This document shows positions 1 to 10,779 of a DNA stretch of 64,000 nt, one piece after another (within the stretch, counting starts at the first letter, position 1; every line of letters starts with the position of its first letter). Below the pieces are notes generated by a model, which saw only the letters and a program-made list of their open reading frames with translations, did not search any database and was not told the DNA's origin. Position numbers and translations under genes: made by a program. Where the stretch lies: the NCBI GenBank assembly GCA_008080945.1, contig VMDH01000017.1:271-64270 (forward strand), written 5' to 3'. This DNA is from Gammaproteobacteria bacterium (GTDB lineage Bacteria > Pseudomonadota > Gammaproteobacteria > Magnimaribacterales > D2472).

Positions 1-2
1 AA

Positions 3-1250
3 AGTGAGATTGCCGAAAATAATATTTTAGCCCTGCATGATATTTCAGATGGAGGCAGCCTTGTCAGTGCTCTAGAGATGTCCTTCGTTAACAAAGTTGG
101 GTTGAATATTAAAGTTGATAACAACAAACAAAAAGCATTCAAACATTTATTTAATGAAGAAATTGGTTTGCTGGTGCAGACAAAGGAAGGCGAAGCTGAA
201 GAAGTTATAAGAAAAGCCCAATCTCAGGGTCTGTATGCAGAGGTTTATGCTGAATTTAATACTACTCAAGATATTGTTTTATTTTCAGAAAACGAGGTCC
301 GTTTCAAGGAATCTATTCAAAATTTAGAACTTCTTTGGAATAGTACCTCAAAAAATATTAAGGCTATAAGAAATGGATCTAGTTTTGCAGAAGATGAGTT
401 TGTAAGCTTAATTAAGCAGCCTCATCCTCTGCATTTTGAACATACCTTTGAAAATGCGCCTATGATCAATACCCATTCACCAAAAGTTGCCATACTTAGG
501 GAACAAGGCATCAATGGTCATATTGAGATGGCCGCTGCATTTTCAACGGCAGGATTTGAATCTCATGATGTGCATATGACTGATCTAATTACAGGACATA
601 GAAAACTAGGAGATTTTGATGGGTTGGTCTTATGCGGTGGATTTTCTTATGGGGATGTTTTGGGGGCAGGAGGTGGCTGGGCATCTAACATTCTTTTTAA
701 TTCTTCACTAAAAGATCAATTTGCTGAGTTTTTTAATAGAGATACTGCTTTTACATTGGGAGTTTGTAATGGCTGCCAAGCACTGTCTGCTTTAAAGGAA
801 ATTATTCCTCAGGGAGACAACTGGGGACCATTCCAAAGAAATCTTTCCAAGCAGTTTGAATCCAGAACTACCCAAGTCACTATTGCAAATTCAAACTCTA
901 TCTTTTTTGAGGATATGGCTGGCTGGTCATTACCTATAGTGGTTGCCCATGGTGAAGGAAGACTTGATCTCAATAATAAAGCCTATCAATCTCTATTAAC
1001 AAACAATCAAATTGCTATGCATTTTACCGATAGAGAGAAGCAGCCAACCAATATCTATCCCATTAATCCAAATGGATCTTTTATGGGGGCGACTGCTATT
1101 ACTGCTGGTGATGGCAGAATTACAGCCATGATGCCTCATCCCGAACGAACTTTTTTAAATCAGCAGTTTTCATGGACTAAAGATAAAGAAATTGGTTTCA
1201 GTCCTTGGCATCAAATGTTCAGAAACGCTTACAAGTTCACTTCAAGTTAG
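3..1250 (+). CDS. purL: FGAM synthase (large PurL), C-terminal part incl. glutamine amidotransferase domain; 5' end outside window
   Basis: Frame is open from nt 3 (..HDISDGGSLVSALEMSF..). Has AILREQGINGHIEMAAAF, LCGGFSYGDVLGAGGGWA, VCNGCQAL and MPHPER motifs typical of the PurL GATase domain. Confidence 0.9.
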   Translation, partial: SEIAENNILALHDISDGGSLVSALEMSFVNKVGLNIKVDNNKQKAFKHLFNEEIGLLVQTKEGEAEEVIRKAQSQGLYAEVYAEFNTTQDIVLFSENEVRFKESIQNLELLWNSTSKNIKAIRNGSSFAEDEFVSLIKQPHPLHFEHTFENAPMINTHSPKVAILREQGINGHIEMAAAFSTAGFESHDVHMTDLITGHRKLGDFDGLVLCGGFSYGDVLGAGGGWASNILFNSSLKDQFAEFFNRDTAFTLGVCNGCQALSALKEIIPQGDNWGPFQRNLSKQFESRTTQVTIANSNSIFFEDMAGWSLPIVVAHGEGRLDLNNKAYQSLLTNNQIAMHFTDREKQPTNIYPINPNGSFMGATAITAGDGRITAMMPHPERTFLNQQFSWTKDKEIGFSPWHQMFRNAYKFTSS

Positions 1251-1254
1251 AAAA

Positions 1255-1875
1255 ATGAAAAAGGCGATTGATGTTTTTGGGAAGTGGGCTGAAACAGGTA
1301 AAGATGTTGGCATGGAGCAAGGTCATGCTAACTCGGTAAAGGAGATGCTTACCTTTGCTTTAGATGAAAGAGAAAGTATTGGTACAAATTTTAGCTTTTT
1401 AGATTTTGGATGTGGAAACGGTTGGGTTCCACGAATGGTCAAGGATAACCCTCTTTGCTCAAGAGCAGTGGGAATTGATGGTGCTGCACAAATGATTATC
1501 AATGCAAAATCTAGAGGAGGTGATGTTGAATATATTCATGCTGACATAAATACATATACTCCAAAATATAGGTTTGATCTTATTCATTCAATGGAGGTTT
1601 TATATTATTTGGAGGATCCAAAATACATTCTTAAAAAGATTGTGAGTGAATGGCTAACCGATGGCGGCAGATTAATAATCGGTATTGATCACTACTATGA
1701 AAACAAAGATTCTCACTCTTGGGAAGAGAAACTGCAAACACCAATGTTGATGTTAAAAGAGTCAGAGTGGCTGGATCTTTTTATATCATCTGGATTGAGT
1801 GAGATAAAGTCTTGGCGCTCTAATCAAGCTCAAAATTGGGCAGGCACGCTAGTGTTGACCGGGAAGAGGAACTAA
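1255..1875 (+). CDS. class I SAM-dependent methyltransferase
   Basis: Motif I is LDFGCGNGW and there is a downstream acidic loop. ATG at 1255 is chosen over the track start at 1192, which would overlap the purL end by 59 nt. Confidence 0.6.
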   Translation: MKKAIDVFGKWAETGKDVGMEQGHANSVKEMLTFALDERESIGTNFSFLDFGCGNGWVPRMVKDNPLCSRAVGIDGAAQMIINAKSRGGDVEYIHADINTYTPKYRFDLIHSMEVLYYLEDPKYILKKIVSEWLTDGGRLIIGIDHYYENKDSHSWEEKLQTPMLMLKESEWLDLFISSGLSEIKSWRSNQAQNWAGTLVLTGKRN

Positions 1876-1879
1876 TTCT

Positions 1880-2188
1880 ATGCATAAAATCATTTATTTT
1901 GTCCCAGAGGATAGCTTAGAAATCACCAAAAATGCCTTATTTGAAATAGGAGCTGGTTCTCAAGGAAATTACTCTCATTGTGCGTGGCAAACTCTTGGAA
2001 TAGGCCAATTTAAGCCACTTCAAGGCAGCCATCCTGAAAGAGGCATTCAAGAAACTATTAATTCAGTTGAAGAGTACAGAGTCGAGATGCTTTGTGAGGA
2101 TGCTTTGCTTTATGATGCGATAAACGTTCTAAAGGCATCTCATCCTTATGAAGAGCCAGCGATTGATATCGTTAAGTTAGAAAACTAG
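1880..2188 (+). CDS. small YqfO/NIF3-insert-domain-like protein
   Basis: 102 aa with IIYFVPE..GAGSQGNYSHCAWQ..G.GQFKPL..EEYRVEM..HPYEEPA pattern, recalled from stand-alone YqfO-family proteins. Confidence 0.5.
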   Translation: MHKIIYFVPEDSLEITKNALFEIGAGSQGNYSHCAWQTLGIGQFKPLQGSHPERGIQETINSVEEYRVEMLCEDALLYDAINVLKASHPYEEPAIDIVKLEN

Positions 2189-2721
2189 AAAAGCTTGATA
2201 TCTTCTTCTCTGAAATCAAAATTTCCTGATTTTCTGTCTTGGTAGAAATATTCTAAAGTCTTGGTAACTGTTGGAAATGCTATCTCTTTCCAAGGTATAT
2301 CTTTTTCTTCAAATAATTCTACCTCTTGGCTTTCGGGTGTAGGACCAAACTCAAGGCTTTTTAAGTTTGCCAAGTAGAAAAAATGCACCTGACTTATATG
2401 CGTCAAACTAAATGCAGTATAGGGTTGAAGTAACTCAATGCTTGCTAAGGTCTCTTCGTATACTTCTCGAGCAGCTCCTTCTCTCATGGTTTCTGCATTT
2501 TCCATAAATCCAGCTGGCAAAGTCCATAGCCCATGCCTTGGCTGAATATTTCTTTTTGCTAGCAAGATTTTATCTTCCCACATACATAAGGCTCCAACAA
2601 TTAGGTTGGGATTAGTATAAAAAATGCTGTCACACTCTGGGCAACAAAAACGCTTCAAAGAATCGTCAGCAGGAATCTTAAATTCAAGATTTCCGCTTCC
2701 ACATTTAGAACAGTACTTCAA
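2185..2721 (-). CDS. NUDIX hydrolase with N-terminal zinc ribbon
   Basis: CSKCGS...CPEC zinc ribbon followed by Nudix box GFMENAETMREGAAREVYEETLA. Confidence 0.75.
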   Translation of the reverse strand: MKYCSKCGSGNLEFKIPADDSLKRFCCPECDSIFYTNPNLIVGALCMWEDKILLAKRNIQPRHGLWTLPAGFMENAETMREGAAREVYEETLASIELLQPYTAFSLTHISQVHFFYLANLKSLEFGPTPESQEVELFEEKDIPWKEIAFPTVTKTLEYFYQDRKSGNFDFREEDIKLF

Positions 2722-2783
2722 TTTTTAGCCTTAAAAAATAAATACAAGAAGATTAAATTTTCTTATAAAGTTAAACTAACACA

Positions 2784-3362
2784 ATGATTGAGAGCGTTAA
2801 GTATAAACTAGAATCGATCAATATTGATAAACCCAGTCAGCAACCTAAGGCAGCTGTTTTACTGGGTATTTGTAATTATGAAGCTTATGTTGATCAGCCA
2901 GCTTTAATTTATACAGTTCGTTCTTCAAATTTATCCACTCATTCCGGTGAGGTCAGTTTCCCTGGTGGCAAAGCAGAGGAAGGAGATACCTCCTTGCACC
3001 ATACTGCGATAAGAGAGGCCCAAGAGGAAATTAATCTTAATCCTAATGATGTAAATTTCTTAGGGCGAATGAATTATTTGATCTCAAAACATAAGATTGA
3101 AGTAAATCCCATTGTTGCATCAATAGATAATCCTCAAAAATTTATTAAAAATCCTGAAATTGAGCACATCTTTACTGTGCCTATAAACTACTTACTAGAA
3201 AAAAATAATATTTTTGAAGAGACCATAGAAAGGCAGGGAGCAAAGTGGATTGTTCCAACATGGCGCTATGATAATCAAAAGATCTGGGGATTAACTGCAA
3301 TGATCACAGTAAACTTTTTAAACCATTGTTTTGATGCAGGCATAGAGATAAAGGCAGGCTAA
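2784..3362 (+). CDS. NUDIX hydrolase, CoA pyrophosphatase-like (NudL/YeaB type)
   Basis: [27 protein letters not shown] Nudix box. The upstream LLG../[12 protein letters not shown] context is typical of CoA pyrophosphatases. Confidence 0.65.
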   Translation: MIESVKYKLESINIDKPSQQPKAAVLLGICNYEAYVDQPALIYTVRSSNLSTHSGEVSFPGGKAEEGDTSLHHTAIREAQEEINLNPNDVNFLGRMNYLISKHKIEVNPIVASIDNPQKFIKNPEIEHIFTVPINYLLEKNNIFEETIERQGAKWIVPTWRYDNQKIWGLTAMITVNFLNHCFDAGIEIKAG

Positions 3363-3868
3363 TGAATTTGATAACTTTAGAAGGAAAAACACCTGAATTT
3401 AAGACGGATGATTATTGGGTTGCACCCAATGCAACACTAATTGGAAATGTAATTCTAGAACATGAAGCGAGCATTTGGTTCAATGCAACCCTGAGGGGAG
3501 ACAATGAACCCATTGTTATCGGAGAGGGGTCGAATATTCAGGATGGAACTATAATTCATACCGATCCCGGATTTAAATGCACTGTTGGAAAACGAGTTAC
3601 TGTAGGTCATATGGCGATGTTGCATGGTTGTCAAATTGGAGATGGTAGTCTAATTGGTATTGGCTCAGTAATTATGAATGGCGCAATTATTGGTAAAAAT
3701 TGTATTGTCGGTGCGAAAGCACTTATCACAGAAGGTATGACGGTACCTGATGGCTCTTTGGTGATCGGAATGCCAGGAAAGATTGCAAGAACACTTTCAG
3801 AAGATGAGCAGCTTATGCCAGGATTGAATGCTGATCACTATATTAATAACTACAAAAGATACAGATGA
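3362..3868 (+). CDS. gamma-carbonic-anhydrase-like left-handed beta-helix (hexapeptide repeat) protein
   Basis: [46 protein letters not shown] hexapeptide pattern (YrdA/PaaY family). Confidence 0.75.
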   Translation: MNLITLEGKTPEFKTDDYWVAPNATLIGNVILEHEASIWFNATLRGDNEPIVIGEGSNIQDGTIIHTDPGFKCTVGKRVTVGHMAMLHGCQIGDGSLIGIGSVIMNGAIIGKNCIVGAKALITEGMTVPDGSLVIGMPGKIARTLSEDEQLMPGLNADHYINNYKRYR

Positions 3869-4572
3869 GCAAGGAGAAGTTGCTTCGCTATAATGCAGGC
3901 CCTCATGAGTGCCAAGGGTCATTTTTCCAGGCAGAAAATTCTGAACTTGCCCCAACTATTTTAGTAGGGCATACATGGAAGGGGAAATCTGATTTTGAAA
4001 TTGAAAAAGCAAGGGCTCTATCTAAGTTAGGGTATAACGCTTTAGCCATAGATTTATTTGGTGATGGTAAATTAGGCTCTTCAACTGAAGAAAATCAAGC
4101 CATGATTGAGCCTTTCGTATCAGATCGTGTGTTATTTAGAAATACACTCAAAGATACTGCTGATTTTGCAAAATCTATGGATTCATTTAATGGAAAACTT
4201 GGAATGATTGGTTTTTGTTTTGGTGGTCTTGCCACCATTGAATTAGCCAGATCTGGATATGATTTTATTGCAGGCGTAAGTTTTCATGGTTTGCTTAATG
4301 ACTCAAGCACTAAAACAGAGCCTATAAAATCTAGTCTTTTAATTTTGCACGGTTTTAAAGATCCAATGGTGCCTCCTGAAGTTGTAAGTTCTTTTCAAGA
4401 TGAAATGAATCGGCATGCTAGCGATTGGCACTTTATCTCCTATGGAGATGCTTATCATGCTTTCACAAACCCACTTGCTAATGATGTTAATCTTGGAACA
4501 ATTTATAATGAGGCAGTTGCTAATGATGCATGGGATCAAATGCAGAAATTTTTTAAATTAAGAATGCTGTGA
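3865..4572 (+). CDS. dienelactone hydrolase family protein
   Basis: Alpha/beta-hydrolase with GMIGFCFGG nucleophile elbow (Cys type) and C-terminal HAF motif. ATGA overlap with the upstream gene. Confidence 0.7.
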   Translation: MSKEKLLRYNAGPHECQGSFFQAENSELAPTILVGHTWKGKSDFEIEKARALSKLGYNALAIDLFGDGKLGSSTEENQAMIEPFVSDRVLFRNTLKDTADFAKSMDSFNGKLGMIGFCFGGLATIELARSGYDFIAGVSFHGLLNDSSTKTEPIKSSLLILHGFKDPMVPPEVVSSFQDEMNRHASDWHFISYGDAYHAFTNPLANDVNLGTIYNEAVANDAWDQMQKFFKLRML

Positions 4573-7127
4573 AAACTAAAGACATAAGAAAAAAATTTTT
4601 AGATTACTTTGAAGGCAAGGGCCATACTGTCTGTCCCTCAAGTATCTTAATCCCGTCCAACGATGAGACTTTGCTTTTTACTAATGCAGGCATGGTCCAA
4701 TTTAAAGATATATTTTTGGGTACAGAAAAGTCATCATTTGTGCGAGCAACTTCATCTCAAAGATGTATTAGAGCAGGCGGAAAACATAATGATCTTGAGA
4801 ACGTAGGTTATACATTAAGGCACCATACCTTTTTTGAGATGTTAGGTAACTTTAGCTTTGGTGATTATTTTAAGGAAGAAGCTATTAAATATGCTTGGGA
4901 ATTTTTAACTGAAGAACTGAAATTAGAAGAAAGTAAGCTTTGGATTTCAGTGTTTAAAGAAGATCTTGAGGCTGAAGAAATCTGGAAGAAAGTTATTGGC
5001 ATTGACCCTGAAAGGATTGTAAGGCTTGATGAGGAAGATAATTTTTGGTCTATGGGAGATACAGGTCCCTGCGGACCATGTTCAGAAATCTATTATGATC
5101 ATGGAGAAGGTTTTGAGGGGACTCCGCCAGGTCATCCAGGAGATGAGGGTGATAGATATGTTGAGATCTGGAATCTTGTATTTATGCAATTTAATCGCAG
5201 CAAGGACGGCAAACTTACCCCCCTGCCAAAGCCATCTGTTGATACCGGTATGGGTCTTGAGAGAATTGCTGCAGTTATGCAAGGCGTAGCATCTAATTAC
5301 TCTATTGATTTATTTCAAGATCTGATTAATGCAAGCGAGACCTTGCTAAAAAATACTGGTTCTAATTCTCACAAGGTGATCGCAGATCATATTAGATCAG
5401 TGAGCTTCTTAGTTTTAGATGGAGTTATGCCATCTAACGAGGGAAGAGGTTATGTTCTCAGGAGAATAATGCGAAGAGCTATCAGGCATGGATATAAATT
5501 AGGCGCACGCAAACCTTTCTTTTTTCAATTGGTTAAACCCTTGGCTAAAACCATGGGATCTCAATATCCAGAACTCAAGAAAGCTGCAAAAAAGATTGAA
5601 GAAGTTATTCAAACTGAAGAGCTCAAATTTTTTGAGACCTTAGGAAAGGGATTAAAGATTCTTGATGAAAATTTATCTTCTGGAGAAAAAGTTATTTCTG
5701 GAGAAGTTGCATTTAAACTACATGATACTTTTGGTTTTCCAATCGACTTAACCCAAGACATAGCTAGAGAGAAAGAAATTGAGGTAGATATCCCCGGTTT
5801 TAATAAGTTAATGTCAAAACAGCAAGAGGGTTCAAAGCAGGGAAGCTCCTTTGCAAAAGTTAATTTAGAGTTAGGTAATATCTCTGAGACTACTTTTACA
5901 GGCTATTCTGAACTTCAATCACAATCTTCAGTTTTGGGAATTTGGGAAGACGGACATCCAGTGAAAAAAACCAGTGGAAAAGGTATTGCACTGGTGGCTT
6001 GTAAGGATACTCCTTTTTATGGAGAATCCGGTGGCCAAGTTGGTGATCGGGGAGAGATATCTGCAAAAGGATTTGCAGGCAAAATACTTGACTGCCAAAA
6101 AGAAGGCAATATCTTTCTACATACTGTAAGTTCTTCAAAGGGATCTCTTAAACAGGGAGATGCTGTGCAGTTAACAGTAAATGAAGAGCTAAGAAATGAT
6201 ACTGCAAGAAATCACTCTGCAACTCATCTTTTGCATGCTGCTTTAAAGCAAGTGCTGGGCAGCCACATTGAGCAAAAAGGCTCGTTGGTAAATGATGAAA
6301 AATTAAGGTTTGATTTCTCTCACCCTAAACAGCTTAGTAAAGCTGAAATTAAATCCATAGAAGATTTAGTCAATCAAATTATTCTTAAAAACGAAGAAGC
6401 AAATACTAACTTAATGAAGTTGGAGGATGCTAAGGCTGCTGGCGCAGAGGCTATGTTTGGTGAGAAATATGATGATGAAGTGAGAGTGCTGACTTTGGGA
6501 GCTGGTTTTTCCATGGAGCTTTGTGGGGGAACTCATATTAAGCGCACCGGTGATATCGGTCTTTTTATGATTCAATCTGAATCTAGTGCATCCTCAGGGG
6601 TCAGAAGAATAGAGGCAATCACAGGAAGCAAGGCTTTAACTCATATTCACTCCCTCAGGGAGAATGTGAGTAAAATGCAAAACTCTCTTAACACCTCTCT
6701 TGATGATCTTCCTAATAAAGTTCAGAAGCTACAAGAGGAAAATAAGAACCTAAAAAAAGGAGTTTCAGCATCTTCGAACATTACATTTGAGGAAAGAAGC
6801 TTCGATCAAAAGGATATATCAATTTACTTTGCTTACTCGCATGATAAAGATGCTTCTGCTATGAGAGGTTTGGTTGACAGCAAAAAATCAAATCCTAAAA
6901 CTATAGCTGTTTGTGCAGGGGGTTTGCCAGAGAATCTTCTAATCATTGTGGGAGTTTCTAAGGATCTCACTAAGACTTACCAAGCTAAGGAAATTCTAGA
7001 TAATATTCTCAAGCCATTCAAAGGAAAAGGTGGTGGAAAAGAGGAATTTGCTCAGGGGACTCTTACAACAGACTCTAAAGCAGTGTTTGAGGAGACATTG
7101 CAGAAAATCATCGCAGAAACTATTTAA
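4569..7127 (+). CDS. alaS: alanine--tRNA ligase
   Basis: FTNAGMVQFK, QRCIRAGGKHNDLENVG, the editing-domain HSATHLLH motif and the C-terminal DHHA1-like GKGGGK motif. GTG start overlaps the upstream stop (GTGA). Confidence 0.97.
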   Translation: MKTKDIRKKFLDYFEGKGHTVCPSSILIPSNDETLLFTNAGMVQFKDIFLGTEKSSFVRATSSQRCIRAGGKHNDLENVGYTLRHHTFFEMLGNFSFGDYFKEEAIKYAWEFLTEELKLEESKLWISVFKEDLEAEEIWKKVIGIDPERIVRLDEEDNFWSMGDTGPCGPCSEIYYDHGEGFEGTPPGHPGDEGDRYVEIWNLVFMQFNRSKDGKLTPLPKPSVDTGMGLERIAAVMQGVASNYSIDLFQDLINASETLLKNTGSNSHKVIADHIRSVSFLVLDGVMPSNEGRGYVLRRIMRRAIRHGYKLGARKPFFFQLVKPLAKTMGSQYPELKKAAKKIEEVIQTEELKFFETLGKGLKILDENLSSGEKVISGEVAFKLHDTFGFPIDLTQDIAREKEIEVDIPGFNKLMSKQQEGSKQGSSFAKVNLELGNISETTFTGYSELQSQSSVLGIWEDGHPVKKTSGKGIALVACKDTPFYGESGGQVGDRGEISAKGFAGKILDCQKEGNIFLHTVSSSKGSLKQGDAVQLTVNEELRNDTARNHSATHLLHAALKQVLGSHIEQKGSLVNDEKLRFDFSHPKQLSKAEIKSIEDLVNQIILKNEEANTNLMKLEDAKAAGAEAMFGEKYDDEVRVLTLGAGFSMELCGGTHIKRTGDIGLFMIQSESSASSGVRRIEAITGSKALTHIHSLRENVSKMQNSLNTSLDDLPNKVQKLQEENKNLKKGVSASSNITFEERSFDQKDISIYFAYSHDKDASAMRGLVDSKKSNPKTIAVCAGGLPENLLIIVGVSKDLTKTYQAKEILDNILKPFKGKGGGKEEFAQGTLTTDSKAVFEETLQKIIAETI

Positions 7128-7132
7128 TTTTC

Positions 7133-8353
7133 ATGAAAACCATTGTGCTTAAATTTGGAGGTACCTCTGTTGGATCTATCGAAAGAATAAGTGCTGTTGC
7201 CAAAATTATCAGAGAAGCAAAAAAGGAAGCATTTCCCATTGTCGTGGTATCTGCAATGAGTGGAGAGACAGATCGTCTAATTAATCTAGCAAATGAAATA
7301 CATGAGAATCCTCCGAAACGAGAATTCGATGCCTTGATATCTACTGGAGAGAAGGTGAGTGCAGCCTTGCTTGCTATGTCTCTTAATAAAATAGATGTTC
7401 CGTCAAAATCTTACTCTGCTGCTCAAATTTCCATGAGGACAACTTCTCAATTTTCTAAAGCAAAGATTATTAATATTGATTTCACAAGGATAGAAGAGGC
7501 TATTCAAAATAATTTTGTTCCAGTGATTACTGGATTTCAAGGAATCACTGATGATGGAGATGTAACTACTTTGGGTAGAGGAGGTTCAGATACTACTGCA
7601 GTTGCACTAGCTGCAGCAATGAAATCTCTTAGATGCGATATTTATACAGATGTGGATGGTATCTATACCACTGATCCTAATGTTGTACCCGAGGCAAAAA
7701 AATTAGACAGAATTACTATGGAAGAAATGTTGGAACTTTCCGGTCAAGGGGCTAAAGTAATGCAAGTAAGAGCCGTAGAGTTCGCTAATAAATATAAAGT
7801 TCCGGTCAGAGTTCTTTCAAGTTTTACTTCGGGAGCCGGAACGCTCATTAGTTTAGAGGAGCCAGATATGGATACCATGGAGAAAGCAGTTGTCTCAGGC
7901 ATAGCTTTTCAAAAAGATCAAAGTAAGTTTACTTTTCAAGGAGTAAAAGATTCTCCAGGGATTGCATCCTCAATCCTCGGCCCCATTGCAGCTGAAGGTA
8001 TTGAAGTTGATGTGATCATTCAAAATATTAGTAACGATGGTAAGACCGATTTCACATTTACAGTTTCTTCGACTGATAGGAAGACAGTTGAGGCTATTTG
8101 TAACGATCAATTGCAAGATTTAGATTATGACAATCTTTTAATTGATAACAACGTTGGAAAGGTATCTATTGTGGGAGTTGGGATGCGAACTCATGCTGGG
8201 ATAGCATCTAGAGCATTCCAGGCTTTGGCTAGAGCAAGCATAAATATCTCTATGATTAGCACCTCTGAAATTAAGATCACCCTTGTAATTAATGTTGATG
8301 ATGTGAATAACGCAGTTCAAGTTTTGCACTCTGAGTTTGAGCTAGAAAAATGA
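7133..8353 (+). CDS. lysC: aspartate kinase with two C-terminal ACT domains
   Basis: VLKFGGTSVG, VVVSAM, TLGRGGSDTTAVALAA and DVDGIYTTDP motifs. Confidence 0.93.
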   Translation: MKTIVLKFGGTSVGSIERISAVAKIIREAKKEAFPIVVVSAMSGETDRLINLANEIHENPPKREFDALISTGEKVSAALLAMSLNKIDVPSKSYSAAQISMRTTSQFSKAKIINIDFTRIEEAIQNNFVPVITGFQGITDDGDVTTLGRGGSDTTAVALAAAMKSLRCDIYTDVDGIYTTDPNVVPEAKKLDRITMEEMLELSGQGAKVMQVRAVEFANKYKVPVRVLSSFTSGAGTLISLEEPDMDTMEKAVVSGIAFQKDQSKFTFQGVKDSPGIASSILGPIAAEGIEVDVIIQNISNDGKTDFTFTVSSTDRKTVEAICNDQLQDLDYDNLLIDNNVGKVSIVGVGMRTHAGIASRAFQALARASINISMISTSEIKITLVINVDDVNNAVQVLHSEFELEK

Positions 8354-9687
8354 TTGCCGATCTTGTTATCAAAAATTGCCTGCTAGTTAATGAACAAACT
8401 AGATCAGAAGTTGATATTGCTATCAAAGATTCCAGGATAGAAAAAATAGCTTCCTCTATTTCATGTGAAGCCAAGCAGGAAATAGATTCTCAAGGCAATA
8501 TAATTATTCCAGGTGTTATAGATGACCAAGTTCATTTTAGAGAGCCAGGGTTAACCCATAAAGGTAGTATCCATACCGAAACATTGGCTGCTTTAGCAGG
8601 AGGAACTACATCATTTTTTGAGATGCCCAATGTAAATCCTCCCACTACAAATTTAGAAAATTTAGAAGAAAAATTTTCCTTGGGAGCTTCAAAATCTCAT
8701 GCAAACTATTCCTTCTATTTTGGTGCCTCTAATACGAATATTGAAGAAATAAAAAAATTGGGCAAAAACGATGCCTCTGGGATAAAAATATTTATGGGAT
8801 CTTCAACGGGAGATATGCTTGTTGATGACGAGGAGGTATTAGAGCAAATATTTGCTCATGCCGCTGTCCCAATCGTTACTCACTGTGAAGATACGCCCAT
8901 GATTAGCGCATTAGAGGAAAAGTATAAAAGGGAGTATGGAGAAGAGGTACCTCCTGCTATGCATGCCCTCATCAGATCCCGAGAAGCTTGTTTAAAATCC
9001 TCTTCATTTGCAGTAGATTTAGCCAAACGGCATGGTTCCCAACTTCATATTTTGCATCTTACTACTGAGGATGAAATAGCCCTCTTAAGTAACTTACCAA
9101 TTGATAAAAAAAATATTACTGCAGAGGCTTGCGTACACCATTTATTCTATTCCGAAAAAGATTATGAAGAGTTAGGACATCAAATTAAATGTAACCCTTC
9201 TATTAAATCCGAAACAGATCGCCAAGCACTTTTAAGGGCTCTCAAGGATGGCACCATCGACATTATTGCTACAGATCATGCTCCGCATACATGGGAAGAA
9301 AAACAAAATTCTTATTTTAATGCTCCCAGCGGTCTTCCTTTGGTACAGCATACCTTGAATCTACTAATGGAGTTATCTCATCAGGGATATTTTTCAATAG
9401 AAGAAATTGTGCAAAAGACCAGCCACAATATTGCTGACAGATTTAAGATTAAGGACAGAGGATATATAAGAGAAGGCTATTATGCGGACCTTGTAGAAGT
9501 GAACCCCAATCAAACAATCACTGTTAATAAAGATGACTTGTATTATCTTTGTGGCTGGAGTCCGCTTGAAAATAAAACTTTACATGGCGTTGTTTCAAGG
9601 ACTTACTTGAATGGTTGCTTAGTCTGCGCTGATGGAAGAGTTATAGACCCAGCTCCCATGGGTATGAAGCTGGAATTTAATAGGTAA
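8350..9687 (+). CDS. pyrC: dihydroorotase-type cyclic amidohydrolase (long, class I)
   Basis: PGVIDDQVHFREPG metal-binding motif, ..TDHAPH.., 445 aa. The symbol is tentative; an allantoinase or hydantoinase relative is not excluded. Confidence 0.65.
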   Translation: MIADLVIKNCLLVNEQTRSEVDIAIKDSRIEKIASSISCEAKQEIDSQGNIIIPGVIDDQVHFREPGLTHKGSIHTETLAALAGGTTSFFEMPNVNPPTTNLENLEEKFSLGASKSHANYSFYFGASNTNIEEIKKLGKNDASGIKIFMGSSTGDMLVDDEEVLEQIFAHAAVPIVTHCEDTPMISALEEKYKREYGEEVPPAMHALIRSREACLKSSSFAVDLAKRHGSQLHILHLTTEDEIALLSNLPIDKKNITAEACVHHLFYSEKDYEELGHQIKCNPSIKSETDRQALLRALKDGTIDIIATDHAPHTWEEKQNSYFNAPSGLPLVQHTLNLLMELSHQGYFSIEEIVQKTSHNIADRFKIKDRGYIREGYYADLVEVNPNQTITVNKDDLYYLCGWSPLENKTLHGVVSRTYLNGCLVCADGRVIDPAPMGMKLEFNR

Positions 9688-9722
9688 TAATTTCTTAAAA
9701 GGTTATAATTTCTCACCCTAAC

Positions 9723-9813
9723 GGAGAGGTGGCTGAGTGGTCGAAAGCGGCACCCTGCTAAGGTGTTATACGAGTTTTTCGTATCGAGGGTTCGAATCCC
9801 TCTCTCTCCGCCA
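9723..9813 (+). tRNA. tRNA-Ser (anticodon GCU), encoded CCA
   Basis: Hand-folded cloverleaf: acceptor GGAGAGG/TCTCTCC, anticodon loop CT-GCT-AA, long variable arm ATACGA/TCGTAT, T-arm GAGGG-TTCGAAT-CCCTC. Confidence 0.93.
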
Positions 9814-9822
9814 TTTTAAGCG

Positions 9823-10779
9823 TTAAACCCTCTGGATGTATGCCTTATTGATTAAAGGTAGCAAATGATCCTCAGGAATACTTATACGCATTTTAATGTA
9901 ATCTTTGAGATTCCTTTCTTCTGAAATAAAGCCTAATTCTTCAAGTTTATATTTAATAAATGAGTATTTGTATGGAATTTTTATCCATCCTTTATACATA
10001 GAGCCATATAGCGCACTATGAATTTTTAGCTTTAAATTCTCAAAACCAAATTGTGTTGTTGATGATATGTAGACTATGTTCTGATTATTCATTACTTCAA
10101 AACCTGTTTTTTTCAATAGATCAGATTTGTTGAATACTAGTATTTGCGGAATATCAATTGAGAGCTCCTTAATAATTGATTGAGTCTGAGAGATTTTTTC
10201 TGTTTTTTCGGGATCGCTGGCATCAATAACATGCAGTAATAAATCAGCACTCCTGAGATCATCAAGGGTAGCCTTGAAGGACTCAATTAGATTTGTTGGG
10301 ATATTTGAGATAAAGCCAACTGTATCTGAGATTAATATTTCACCTAACCCAATATCTTGAGATGCTTTGCTGGTCTTAGAGTCTAGCGTTGCAAAGAGCT
10401 GATTTGCTGAATATTGCTTTTCATTTGTTAATGCATTAAAAAGAGTTGTTTTTCCAGCGTTGGTATAGCCCATTAAGGCGATAATTTTTTTATTACCTTT
10501 TTTTCTTTTATAACGATTAAGATCCTTTTGATTATGCTGCTTATCTAATTTTTTGCCGAGTTGCTTAATTCTATTACCTATTAACCTTCTATCTGTTTCA
10601 AGCTGAGTTTCTCCAGGGCCACGCAATCCAATTCCTCCTTTTTGTCTCTCAAGGTGGCTCCAACCCCTTACTAAGCGAGTCGAGAGATACTGAAGTTGAG
10701 CTAATTCTACTTGGAGCTTTCCGATATGACTGGAAGCTCGTCTAGCAAAAATATCCAAGATTAAGCCTTGTCTATCCAA
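9823..10779 (-). CDS. hflX: GTPase HflX (minimal model from first canonical start TTG; conserved N-domain continues in frame up to 11088)
   Basis: DRQGLILDIFARRA..GKLQVELAQL..GGIGLRGPGETQLETDRR, G1 GYTNAGKTTLFNALT, DTVGFI. The upstream 103 in-frame codons read like the HflX N-terminal domain (see finding). Confidence 0.9.
   Translation of the reverse strand: MDRQGLILDIFARRASSHIGKLQVELAQLQYLSTRLVRGWSHLERQKGGIGLRGPGETQLETDRRLIGNRIKQLGKKLDKQHNQKDLNRYKRKKGNKKIIALMGYTNAGKTTLFNALTNEKQYSANQLFATLDSKTSKASQDIGLGEILISDTVGFISNIPTNLIESFKATLDDLRSADLLLHVIDASDPEKTEKISQTQSIIKELSIDIPQILVFNKSDLLKKTGFEVMNNQNIVYISSTTQFGFENLKLKIHSALYGSMYKGWIKIPYKYSFIKYKLEELGFISEERNLKDYIKMRISIPEDHLLPLINKAYIQRV

Noticed and set aside
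1192-1254. Upstream-extended starts proposed by the ORF track (1192, 12394, 13307, 18443, 27046, 27975, 31653, 35362).
   Set aside because: The extensions overlap the preceding gene by tens of nt, or add non-conserved residues before a clear signal peptide or N-terminal motif. Internal ATGs give the short ATGA/TAATG-type overlaps typical of this genome. Start choices remain uncertain by a few codons.
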